From the human T2T-CHM13v2.0 reference genome, Homo sapiens: a stretch of 64,000 bases of DNA. The DNA lies in NCBI RefSeq assembly GCF_009914755.1, contig NC_060937.1; one strand, 5' to 3'. This document shows, one piece after another, positions 14,774 to 27,862 of this stretch; positions within the stretch are counted from its first letter, which is position 1; every line of letters begins with the position of its first letter. The position numbers and the translations under genes were made by a program. The notes under the pieces were generated by a model, which worked only from the letters and a program-made list of their open reading frames with translations, did not search any database and was not told the origin of the DNA.

Positions 14774-15699
14774 GAGACAGTTTTCTACCTGCAGTGACAT
14801 TAGATCTTGTGAACGTCGCTTGTGTTGCTTACTTGGATGAGATCTATTTGGGGTGTAGTGCCTTGAATCATAGAAAGGGAAGTATGTTTATGCTGTTAAT
14901 GATGGGAAACCAATTCCTGGGGAAAAGCTGTTATAAAAAGCTGGTGGAGTGGAGCTGAGGATGACAACACCTTGATTTGATGGTATCCTTGAGTTCTCCT
15001 AAATAATTCAGAACATTTTACACAGATGAAGAGTTGAAATCAATTGTAAGGAGGAATTTCCTGAAAGTCAAGACTATTTAATATTGGACATGAGTTACTG
15101 AGAAAGGTTACTCTTCAGCTTCCTATGTGTAATGTTTTAAAAATCAACTCCTTTTAGTAAAACCTTAGCCATGTAGCATTTCATTGCATTTTCCTCATGA
15201 GGACCCAGAGGCTGAGTTTAGAGTTCTCCCCATTCCTCCCTCTCCCCATCACCGAAATTACACTCTACCTAGCACTAGCTGTAAGATGATAAACCTTTGG
15301 AGTTCCTGATCAGAATTCTCTCCACTATCCTGTTGCCTCATTTAGTTTAAGCAATGTGCCTTTTGAGCTGGGAGACTGGGATAATGGAAGAAGAGAGGGA
15401 TGCGAATGGAATTTTCCTTTCAGTCATCAAACTCCTTTAGGAATGAAAACAGCAAGTAACACAAAAAACTAAAAATTACTATATTCTTCAATAGGTGACA
15501 ATGGCTATGCTTTGTTGACACTAGTGAGATTTTATGTTCAAGAAGTAAATGTGTTTATGTATTTGTAGGCTTAGGTCCTTAGTGTAAGAGAACTGGCATC
15601 CATGCCTGCCCTACACCTTTGGTTCAATCAAAGAAGTAACTAATTTTTATGATTAACTATCAAGTCTCATATATACCCAAAACAAAATACTGTGTTACC

Positions 15700-16162
<463 letters not shown>

Positions 16163-16724
16163 TTATTTGAATTAAATATGGCTAGTAGTTTGTAACTAAT
16201 TAATATTTGCTCAGAGAGAAAAAATAGGACCTAGCTCAGTGCCCCAGGCCTACAACAGTGGGAGCTCAATCAATATGTGTTGAATTAATGACTGATGGGA
16301 ACATTGGAAGACCTGAAATTAAGACTTAGTAATTTTAAGTGAGGATGGATTGCTCAGTTTTATTTGTGTTTATTAACTGCCTGCTTCTTTTTGGCCAGAG
16401 ATAGAACAGTGAAAATGCGTAGAGAAGGGTTTTAAGGACGATAAGAGAAGAGAACATGGAGAAGGCAGGCAGTCATCGCCGGAGTCCTAAGCGGCAAAAA
16501 AGGAAGAAATGTCAGAGTAGGTTAAAACTTAACGTACATAGTGAAATAGAAAGGATGAGGATGACAGAAGCAGCTGGCAGGGGGGTTAAGTAAGAGTCCA
16601 TTATCCTCCATAGAGTTCCATAGTCTCATCTCTAGTCTAATTGTTTACTCTCTTCCTGCTTGAAATGAAATCTGATCTCACTTCCAGGTGTTTCCATTGC
16701 TGCCATCAAGCCAGTTTTTATATG

Positions 16725-17015
16725 ATCAATAATAATAATAACAAGAATACTATTAGACCTACCATTTATATTTAGCGTTTGCTTTGTGCCTCTCACTCAG
16801 TGCCTGTTTTATGTTCACAACTCTAATTTTTACAACTCCGTCATGCAGATACTACGATTTACAACTGTATCAGGGAGATATATACAATTACTACCATTTT
16901 ACAAATGGAGATTTGGGGGCTAAGAAGGATTAAGTTGCTTGCCTAGGGTCACAAAGTTTCCAAGTGGTAGAAGAGGAGTGTAAAGACAGATTGATTAGAC
17001 TCTTAAATCCTTTCT
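16725..17015 (-). mobile_element. MIR
   Basis: aataataata..ccattttacaaatggag..ttaagttgcttgcctagggtcaca core. Confidence 0.85.
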
Positions 17016-17084
17016 CTTTCCTTCTGTCCTATACCTTTGGAATAACTGAGAAGGGAAACCAGGAGGGAGGCACATTGGATCCAA

Positions 17085-17790
17085 GCATTCTTTCTTTCAC
17101 TTCTCTGTTTCACAAATACCTGCTGGATCTCCCTCATGCTGGGCCCTAAGAATGGAGTCACCACTAGAAAATAGTGTCTGTGTCAAGGAGCTCTCCTGGC
17201 AGAGGAGTGTCAAGGGGACAGATGATTATATATCCTGACCTTTAGCAGGAGTGAGCAGAGGTTGACACTGGAGCACTCAATTCAGCCTTAAGAAGTCAGG
17301 AAAGGAAGCGTTTGCCTAAACGGGTTCCTAAGGAATTAGCCTAGAGAAAGGTGGGCAGGTGGACAAAAGTGTTTCAGGAAGATGGAACAGTGAGGCTGTA
17401 TAATGGTAGTTCCAGAGAAATCAGGTATTTCTAGGACTGAAGCATAGAGAGTGGAAGGTCAGGAGATGCACATGGAGAGGGGAACGATTAGGAGGCCCTT
17501 GAAGGCCATGGAAAGAGTTTCCATTTTTTCCTTGAAGCAATGGGGAATCATTGAATGATTTTAGGTAAAGAAGAAAAAGGCTTAGGTTCGAACTTTAGAA
17601 TGATGACTCTGGCTGTACAGGAAAATGGATTAGAATGGATTGAGAGGCAGGGAGAGCTGTCCCATCAATACAGGTGAGAGGGAATGGTAACCTGATTTAA
17701 GGTAGTGACAATGGTTAGCATTGGATAGATCAGAGAAATATTGATGAGGTGGAATTAAGAGAAATTGGTGGTTAATAATATGGACAAGCA
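17085..17790 (-). mobile_element. L2 fragment
   Basis: ggccatggaaagagtttccatttt..gcaatggggaatcattgaatgattttag..gatgactctggctg typical of antisense L2. Confidence 0.8.
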
Positions 17791-17794
17791 GATG

Positions 17795-18197
17795 GTATTA
17801 GATTAAACTAAGTTACACTGCTATAAAAACATGACCCACATCTCTGTAGCTTAACAAAAGCTTATTTTTTTCTTACGCAGAGTCTATTGTAGGTCTAGGT
17901 AACTCTTTTGGGCACTCGTCCTACATGCTTAGCAATGCAGTTGCTTCAGCCTCTGTTACCTTCATCTTAGTAGGAGAACTCCTCAGCAAACACCATGACA
18001 GTGAGAGACAATGGCTGGGGAATTGGGGTGAGCTTTTCACCTTAGCCCAGAATTGACCCACTATATTCTGCTCCCATCTCCTTGGTTAGAACTAGTGGGC
18101 CCACTCAGTGACAGGATTGCTAAGAAGTACAGTTTTCTGTGTGCTCAGGAGTGGGAAACATTCCAGATATTGGAAAACACTAATATTGTCTACCACA
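17795..18197 (-). mobile_element. MaLR LTR (MLT1K/L-like)
   Basis: gtattagattaaactaagttacactgctata..gcttaacaaaag..gtctaccaca terminus. Confidence 0.8.
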
Positions 18198-18205
18198 AGG
18201 ACTAG

Positions 18206-18533
<328 letters not shown>

Positions 18534-19789
18534 TAAAAATTTAAGAATGTGTACATGTGTTTAAGTGTGACTGTGTGCGTGTGTGCATGTGTGTGTGTGT
18601 AGAGAAGGGAGTAGAGTTTGTGTGCAACATTACTGGACTTAATTTTCCAAACTCTAGGCTGCTGATTCATGAGATGGGGAAGTTATGCATGTCCTAGTAC
18701 CTTTCATGAATTTGGCTGCTTTGTTGTGAAAACAGCACCAATGATATCAGAGTGTCTTTTTGTACATCACTGGGTTCTAGAGGCTTCTCTCCACTGTGCT
18801 ACTCCCTGATCCCCACTTCTGTCTACCTTCTGCCGTCTTAGTGTTATGTTTCCCTTTAAAAGTGGTTTGCAGGGAAGTTTAGTGCGATACTGGGAAGTGA
18901 CTCCCCAGCAATCCACAGTCTTTGTGTGGACTATCCTACATTGTGGATTCATCTGAGTATGGCCTTAGTGTACTCTGGAGCTCACAGTGCCCAGCTACTG
19001 AAGAAATGTTTACAGCTATTTGAAAATAGTGGTGTACTAAAGAGAAACTAAATGCTTTGGACATCTTTTGCTTAGATTCATTCTAAACCATAAATGGTAA
19101 ATCATAATGATTGATTAATCACAAAAATATTTTCTCTATTTAAAAGCCTTTATTTTCTATTTCATAACCTGGGATTTGGGGTTTTGATAGAGAATGATAA
19201 TTTCTTGATATTCTCTGCATAATAATTTTCGAGATCTGAATTAACTCCCAAGTACCTCATGCCCATCTCTGTCCTTTGCCCCAGACACCAATTAAGTCAA
19301 AGTAAGATGAACTGTCTAAAATCAAAGTGCACGTGACCTAGGATTCTTGTCAAGGCTGTTGAGAAAAACGTGTGATAGAAAGTGATAATTTTTTAAAAAT
19401 GTGCTTGTTAATTTAAAAAAGCAATCACAAGCCAGAAACAAGAGCTCTGTTCCCTGCTTTTCCTCCTGTGTAAGTGAAGAGGGAAGCAGTGTGTTCCTTT
19501 TAGTGGGGATCTGGGGTCCATTTTTCTCTAGAGTAAAGCCCACAGTAAGCTTTCAGTACATGAATTAAGAGTAGAAAAACAAGACTTAATCAAGTGCTGC
19601 CTTGCCAGTTGAGGATTTGTTCTTCTCCAGAAGCAGCTCTGCTTAACCCCCAGACTGGTAATAACACTAGCAGTTACACAGACTCACTCTCCACCAACCT
19701 CAAAACTTGGCGTTTCTCTGTTGCCTTCCCCAGATGCCTTCTGCAGTCAGAAAACTCATGCAGTGCCGTCCTGCCCCTCCGCTCTCCAG

Positions 19790-19948
19790 CTCAGGGACTT
19801 TGGGCAACTTGCAGCCTCTCTAAGCCTCAGGTGATCAGCTAAAAAAGAAGGAGCAGGGTGGTGATCCCTGCCTGTCTGTCTCGCAGGCTTGCTGTGAGGT
19901 GGGATAACATTATGTGTGCCAAGTGCTTTGGAAACTGGAAAGCGCTCG
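19790..19948 (+). mobile_element. MIR/MIR3 fragment
   Basis: ttgggcaact..cctctctaagcctcag..gctgtgagg..aagtgctttggaaactggaaagcgct. Confidence 0.75.
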
Positions 19949-21094
19949 GAGCTCCAAAGGAAAACTAATTATTTTTCAAAATTCTCCTTCTCTGGCCAGG
20001 CTCTCACCTCTCTCACCTTTGTTTCTTTCTTCCTTTCTTTGTTCTCTCTGTGTCCTACTCACCTCTGTCCTCTTCGCAACGTGCTCACTTCTTTGTTCTT
20101 AGATCTCCACCTTCTGTGCTTCATTAACTCCAAAAATAAAAGAATAAAAAGGGAGAAAAATCCCTTACTATTGCTGAAAGTTTCAGCAAAATGCTCTCTT
20201 GTCTTTCTCCATGCTTATCCTCAGGTATGTTATTCACAGTGTCTCACACACTGGATGCCTTACAAATATTCTTATTAATAATAACCCAGAGAGTTACCTG
20301 TTTCTACACCAGCAATGATATTTACTAGTTACCTATGACACTGATCTTCGGGGTTCTTTCTCCTGGGGCAAATGCATGCTCATTATTTAGGTCTGTCAAT
20401 CTGCTTTCTTTGCCATAGATCCCAGTGGAGGCTGAATGAGAGACTGGTTGTGATACAGAGATCATTAGCTTTCAAATCTGCCTCCTTGAAACCAAATAGA
20501 ATGTATTTTCTGCTCATATGACAATAATTTTTTCATCTCTTTAGGTTCACAGTTCTTGTTTTATTTTTCTTTTTTTTTTTTTTCCGTAAAGCCTAGCTTA
20601 GAGGTAGCCTTGTCTGTCCTATAGGGACTAACTTTTTATCTGGTCTCCTCTGCAGTGTTGTTAGAAGCCCATAATGATCAAACGACTTGATTAAGGTCAT
20701 TTCCTGGGCTGAGGCAGCTGAATCTTTCTAGGCCCTGACCAGCTTTCAAAATGACTTTCCATCAATTCCATCCAGCAATTGTCCTTCGTCACCTCAAGTT
20801 CAGTCAAACATTAAATATAAAGAAGTGGATAAGATAGAAATCTACGGAAGGGTGCAAAACTAAAAAGGCAGATTAATCTGCATGAGTATGTTTCACTTTT
20901 AGTTGTTCCTAGCAGAGCCTAGGAAATATTGTTAAATGGAAAAAGTTTTAAAGGTATGCCCATGCCTTTAAGTGATTAATTTTTCTGACTTCTTTGATGC
21001 ATCCCCACAAATGTGCATTTTCTTCCTAATGTTACTTTTAGCATGTCATACACTAAAAGTAGTTCTTAATCCACCAGCTGATTTGATAGTAAGT

Positions 21095-21680
21095 GGTGTT
21101 TATTGAGTACTTACCTTGTGCCAGATACTAGGTGCTGAGGATAAATAATATGAATGCAAAAGCAGATATAGTCACCATCCTCATGAGCTTAGAGTCATTA
21201 GTTAGAATATCACATTCATGAAAGTATAAAAGCAAACAGAGCTAACTTCCTATGGAAAGGAATATGGCTTGATGGTTTGATGAATGCATTTAACTGTGGG
21301 AATGGTCAGATTTTGCATGTATGACGGTCAGGGAAGTGGTACTAGAGATCTGAAAGTTGAGAAGTGAGCAGGGGTTCCCCAGATAAAAGGTGGCGCTTAC
21401 GAGGTGAATATTCCACTAAGAGGGAACAGTAGGTGCAAAGGCCCATTGGTGGGAAGAACCTAGAATCTTTGATGAACTGAAAGGAGGAGAGTGTGTTTGG
21501 AGCTTAGAGAACAAGAGGGCAGTGGTTTGGGATGGGGCAGAAGAGGTAGACAGAATAGGGCACCAAGGCCATATAGACAATCCCTGCAAGGTCATATGAA
21601 GTGACTAAGGCATTTCAATTAAATATCGTAACATGATTAGACTTTTATTTGAAAAGAGATGTTTGGCTTTATTTTGAAAG
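21095..21680 (-). mobile_element. L2 3' region
   Basis: tttattgagtacttaccttgtgccag..cctcatgagcttagagtc..gggaacagtaggtgcaaaggccc. Confidence 0.85.
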
Positions 21681-21826
21681 AAGAATAAAGAGTGCTTTCA
21701 GAATTAGGAAATTAAGAAATTTGAAGTATGGAATCTGTGGCTCACTCTCACATTACTTATCACATTATATTACTGGGCATCTTTGTGAGTTATGTTTCTT
21801 ACTTAAGAGATGAGCATCTTTGACAG

Positions 21827-21836
21827 GGGAATTTCC
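21827..21836 (+). promoter_or_regulatory. Consensus NF-kB motif GGGAATTTCC (motif match only)
   Basis: Exact match to GGGRNWYYCC. No functional evidence. Confidence 0.25.
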
Positions 21837-21921
21837 TTTTGGTTATGAATTATCATACCCTGTGATCTCCAGCCTAATTATCAAGGAAGTCATTATGGTT
21901 AGTGTTCAGAATGGCTCACAA

Positions 21922-23841
21922 GCAGTCATCATCAAACCCAAGGTCATCTAGGTTTTCTCTTGTGTTATCGTCTAGAGTTTTAAAGTTTTGCACTTAACAT
22001 TTAGGTCTGTATTCCATTTTGAGTTAATTTTTGTGAACAGGGTGAGGTCTGTGTCTAGATTCAGTTTCTCACATGAGGATGTCCAGTTGTTTCATTACTG
22101 CTTGTTGAAAAGACTATCTTTCCTTCATGTATTGTCTTTGCTCCTTTGTCAAAGATCAGTTGACTATATTTATATGGATCTATTTCTGAGCTCTACATTC
22201 CATTTCATTGATTTGTCTATTCTTTTGCCAGTACTACAGTCTTGATTACTGTAGCTTTTTTTCAGCTTTATTGAGGAAAAAATGGTAAGAATTGTATATG
22301 TTTAAAGTGTAAAACTTAATGTTTTGATATATGTGTATATTGTGAAATGATCATTGCAATCAAGCTGATTAACATGTCAGTCACCTTACTCTCCTTCCTT
22401 CCTTCCTCCTTCCTTCCTTCCTTCCTTCCTATGTGCTGAGAACACATAATCAATGTGTGCACATTGTTGATGTAAGGCATATTCAATGTTTCAATGTTAG
22501 CAAATTTCAAGTATATAATGCAGTATTGTTAACTATATTCACTATGCAGTACATTAGATCACCAGAATTTATCCATCATGCATAACTGAAACTTTGTATC
22601 CTTTGACCAAAATCTCTCCATTTATCCTTCCCCCGCCACCAACTACCATTGTACTCTTTGCTTCTGCAAGTTTGACTATTTTAGATTTCACTGTAAGTGA
22701 GATCATACAGTATTTGTCTTTCTGTGTCTGGCTTATTTCACTTAGCGTAATGTCCTCCAGATTCATTTATGGTGTGGCCGTTGGCAGGATTTCCTTTTTC
22801 TTAAGGCTAAATAATATTCCAGTGTGTACAAATACTACATTTTCTTTATCCATTCATCCATTGATGGACACTTAGGTTGTTTCCATATCTTGGCTATTGT
22901 AAATAATGCTGCAATGAACATGGGAGTGCAGATATCTCTACCATACTGATTTCATTTCCTTTGGATGTATGTGAGATTGCTGGGTCATATGTTAATTTTA
23001 TTTTAATTTTTTGAGGCACCTCCATACTGTTTTTCATAATGGCTGTACCAGTTTGCATTCCTACCAACAGTGTACAAGAATTTCCTTTTCTCCATGTCCT
23101 CACCAGCAGGTTTTATTTTTGTCTTTTTGATAATAGCCATTTTTACAGATGTGAGGTGATATCTTTGTAGTTTTGATCTGGGTCTTTTTCTTATCCATAT
23201 AAACCTTAGAATCAGTTTATCAATGTCCACAAAATAACTTGCTGGGATTTTGATTGGGATAGCATTGAATCCTGTATATCAAGCTGGGAAGAACTGACAT
23301 CTTTATAATATTGAGTCTTCCTATCCATGAACATGGAATATCTCTTCATTTATGTATTTCTTCTTGAGTTTCTTTCATAGGAGGTTTGTAGTCTTCCTCA
23401 TATAGATGTTGTATATATTTTATTAGAGTTATACCAAAATATTTTTTTTTAGGGTGCTAAGGTAAATAGTATTGTGTTTTCAATGTCAAATTCCACTTGT
23501 TCCATGCTGGTGTTAGGGAAGCAACTGACTATTGTATATTAATCTTGTATCCTGCAACCTTGCTGTAATTGTCTACAAGTTTCAGGAGATTTTTGTTAAA
23601 TCTTTAGAATTTTCATCATAGATAATCATCTGTGAACTAAAGCAATTTTATTTCTTCCTTCCTAATCAGTACATATTTTATTTATTTTCATACTACTGTA
23701 TTAGCTAGTACTTCCAGTATAAAGTTGAAAAGGAGTGGTGAGAGGGGACATGATTATCATGTTCCTGAAATTAGTGGGAAAGCTTCAAATTTTCACCATT
23801 AACTATGATGTTTGTGATAGAATTCTTATAGATATTCTTTA
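21922..23841 (-). mobile_element. L1MC-like ORF2 fragment, interrupted by a nested L1MA
   Basis: aaacccaaggtcatctag, tcaaagatcagttgactatatt, aaaataacttgctgggattttgattggg, ggagtggtgagaggggaca. Confidence 0.85.
22256..23177 (-). mobile_element. L1MA8/9-like 3' end nested in the L1MC; contains (TTCC)n at 22392-22430
   Basis: Poly-T then gctttattgagg, ttagcaaatttcaagtatataat, gctgcaatgaacatgggagtgcagatatct. Confidence 0.9.
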
Positions 23842-23981
23842 ATGAAATGGATGGAGGGAGGGAAATATATGAATGAACATCAGTTCTACTGACATGACAT
23901 GTATGGAGTTGTTTTGGTCTAGCTCATGTAGGCTACAATACTTCATAGCCTTCAAATTCTTTTTAGAAATATATCAATTTC

Positions 23982-24848
23982 TTTTTTTTATTATACTTTA
24001 AGTTTTAGGGTACATGTGCACAACGTGCAGGTTAGTTACATATGTATACATGTGCCATGTTGGTGTGCTGCACCCGTTAACTCGTCATTTAACATTAGGT
24101 ATATCTCCTAATGCTATCCCTCCCCCCTCCCCCCACCCCACAACAGGCCCCGGTGTGTGATGTTCCCCTTCCTGTGTCCATGTGTTCTCGTTGTTCAATT
24201 CCCACCTGTGAGTGAGAACATGCGGTGTTTGGTTTTTTGTCCTTTCGATAGTTTGCTGAGAATGATGGTTTCCAGCTTCATCTATGTCCCTACAAAGGAC
24301 ATGAACTCATCATTTTTTATGGCTGCATAGTATTCTATGGTGTATATGTGCCACATTTTCTTGATGCAGTCTATCATTGTTGGACATTTGGGTTGGTTCC
24401 AAGTCTTTGCTATTGTGAATAGTGCCTCAATAAACATCCGTGTGCATGTGTCTTTTATAGCAGCATGTTTTGTAATCCTTTGGGTATTTACCCAGTAATG
24501 GGATGGCTGGGTCAAATGGTATTTCTAGTTCTAGATCCCTGAGGAATCACCACACTGTCTTCCACAATGGTTGAACTAGTTTACAGTCCCACCAACAGTG
24601 TAAATGTGTTCCTGTTTCTCCACATCCTCTCCAGCACTTGTCGTTTTCTGACTTTTTAATGTTCGCCATTCTAACTGGTGTGAGATGGAATCTCATTATG
24701 GTTTTGATTTGCATTTCTCTGATGACCAGTGATGATGAGCAGTTTTTAATGTGTCTTTTGGCTGCATAAATGTCTTCTTTTGAGAAGTGTCTGTTCATAT
24801 CCTTTGCCCACTTTTTGATGGGGTTGTTCGTTTTTTTCTTGTAAATTT
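23982..24848 (-). mobile_element. 5'-truncated L1PA3-like element
   Basis: ttattatactttaagttttagggtacatgtgcacaacgtgcaggttag 3' end. ORF2 C-terminal peptides ([23 protein letters not shown]) appear in the ORF track. Confidence 0.97.
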
Positions 24849-27488
24849 AGGAGCTCTTGGATAATAGATAGATTGGAGGTATAGCACGATTAATATCAGT
24901 TACAGGGGAGCCTGAAATGAGAACAGCCTTGATGTGACCTATGATACCCTCAACTGAGAAGGCAGTAAACTAAGATGACTAGCGTTATTCCGTAGCAAAA
25001 ATGCCCTTGAGTCAGACTTCATCAATAGAAAAAATGTTCAGTTTAGGGAGTGCACATTCTGGCAAAAGTTGTATAAAGGGATAGGCTGACTGGGAACTCG
25101 AAGAGATAAAACATTATTTGGAAAGTTTCCATGTAAGGTAAATAAAGCTAAGATTGGACCCTGTTCAATTATCAATTACAATCAAAGACCATTTATATTT
25201 GGCTGATCATCTCTTGGGAAGTATCTCACATCCACTGCAGTTGTGTTTTGTTTGTTTTTACAGAAGTATAAAAAGGAGATCTGACTCCTTTTGTGTGTTT
25301 TTTGGTTCCTTTACTTCCCAAAGGAAAATGCGATGATTATAAATGTGAAAAAAAATAAGAAAACTCTAATAGTGCAATGTTATTTTTGAAGGGCAAGGCA
25401 GGACCCTCTTGCTTGTTTTGAAAGGTAAAATTTCAGGGGGATATTTGAGGTTTTTCAGAGCACTTGTTGAGTTGATGTTGGCTTAGGTTGGTCTGTGTAC
25501 CTTATTTCCTTAGAGGATTTATAGGTAATGGCTTAAAAAAGTCTTAGAAAATGCATCCCGCTTAAATTGAATTTCTAAATGTGACATTCCTGCAAAGTAA
25601 AAAACTTGAATTTCCACAGGGACTAATATTTATTGATAGGGCTGGTATCGGGATTGCTTTTTGGTAATCTCAGGTTCATAACTAACTGATGGCCTCCAGT
25701 TTTACCCATTTATATTTCCACATTCATGGAGAATATTATACATACAAGGACAAAGGCCATGTTTGGTATCCATATGCCATGTCTTCTAGAATTAGCTCTT
25801 AATATATTTTACAGGTGTGATCAATATTTAAACAAAGGAGAGCAAATAATTAGACCCTGATTCACATTCAGACCATTCATATTTGGCTTATCATCCCTTT
25901 TTAACATGAATTTGGATGTGACTTAAGGGTTCCTGCAACTGAATGTGGCACATTGATAATGTAATGCATACTTGGTTTTTTGTCTATTGCCAAATTACCT
26001 TCAAAATGTGACTGGTTATGTACATCTATCATTGTGAATGGAAACAGCTGTGTACCACCTGAGACTGTCTAGTGTGGGTGGTCAACCACATCACATACAA
26101 ATTAACTCAAGTTTACTTGTCAGGAAAAAAATTATTTAACTCTGCAAACTCACACAATCAGAATCTGTATAGAATGTTTTTCTTTGCAAAATGTTTCATT
26201 TTTATTGTTAACCTGTGCCTTAGATTTACCCAAAATGATTTTTCTCTCTTTTTTCTCCCGGTTTGGCTTCCTCTCTTTGGATGTGTATGCACCCCGTGAA
26301 CTTGGCTTCTTCTCTCCTGTATAACAGGTAAGAAAGGGCAATTTTGCTATTTATATTTTCTCCTGTGTTCCAGTTATAGCTGGCCAGAAACATTCCTAAT
26401 CTGTTCCATTGCTGCACTTTAATAGGCTGAGAATATGTCCTTAAACTTGGAAACCGGTACCTCTTAGGTTGCCTCTAAGATGAAAGCTTTAAATTAATAA
26501 TGATACATACTATAGTATGTTATTTAAATCATGCACTGGTAGTTGTATTATATATCAAGGCATTTTAGTAAGAGCGATGTGTTCCTGAAAGTTAGACTGT
26601 AAATTGGTTCATCATTCTCTGTTGGCTTATGTCATAACTTCTGATTGAGTGTCCATGGACAGTGCTAGCTTATGTTTTCAAAAGCTGAGCTGCTTTTGTT
26701 GTCTAGTTTTTTCGCCCTAAAGTGGTTGGCTGTTTATGAAGATTAGGAAAATGCACTTGGTGGGTAGAACTGGGCCATGAAATCTTTTGTCAGTCAAATT
26801 ATCTTGTACATGGTGATTAATCACTGCCATCTGCATGATAGTTTTTCTTTTTAAAGTGGAAGATGCATGTAATTAAAAAAATATTCTTGGTCACTTTGAA
26901 TGCTTCTACTTCATTGTTCCATTCCATATATTCAATCTTACTTTCAGTACCTGTGAATATATTTCCTATCACTCACCACAAAATTTTGAGATCCTTAAAA
27001 AGCATTTTTTTTCTACTTCTTGGGGAAAATAGATATAAAAAATTGTCAAGAATGTACATACCATGGTATGATAGGTTTAATACAGTGTGTGTGATCCTTG
27101 GGGATGTGTACTTTGTTTACTGAAGAGGAAGATTAATAATACATGTGACACTCAGAAATATTTGTGAGAAAAAATAAATAACATTGTAATGGGCATGTTA
27201 ACCAAACTATTCTTTTAGAGTCTCTAAAATACATCTTTATATTATAGACATAAAAAGAAATAGCATTTCTTGCCTCTATTAGTTTTCATCCCTCCAAAAA
27301 GCATTTAAGGTTATAATTTAACATTATATTTTTAACTTTTACCAAGGCTTCTTATAGCAAAATGATTACTTATAGAACAAACTCCAGTCAGTAAATGGCT
27401 CTTCATGTTAATTAGTGGCTCTGAATCCATCAAGACACACAATAAACTCACAAGAATTTGTGGCAGGAATATTTTTCTGTATATACAA

Positions 27489-27514
<26 letters not shown>
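27489..27514. repeat. (AC)n microsatellite
   Basis: Dinucleotide run. Confidence 0.97.
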
Positions 27515-27519
<5 letters not shown>

Positions 27520-27774
27520 GTTTTTTTCTAAAATTAGTAAAAAATAAAAAACATGTTTCTATTTTTGACTGCCAACTGGCAAACTTAGAATTAAATTTTA
27601 TGCTTAGAGTAACTGTCTCACCTTAGTTCCTAGTGAAATTTTTTATTTCCAATATTTTTTCATGTTTTCTTTAAAAATTAATTATTTTAATAGCACTGCT
27701 TATATGTGTTGTCATATCATGTCTCTTTCTTTCTTTAGGCGAGGCTGTAAATGGTAAATAATATTAATATGGAT

Positions 27775-27862
27775 CATAATAAGAGCTAACATTTTTTAAG
27801 AGTTTCCTAAGTGCCAGGCACTGGAGTAAGCATTTCACATTTATTAAGTTGTTTAAATCATA
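27775..27862 (-). mobile_element. MIR 3' fragment
   Basis: ataataagagctaacatt..gtgccaggcactggagtaagcatttcacat. Confidence 0.75.

Noticed and set aside
24756-24803. Near-exact direct match to 32215-32263
   Set aside because: Both are ordinary L1PA ORF2 sequence, explained by the 5' inversion of the 32-kb element rather than a local duplication.
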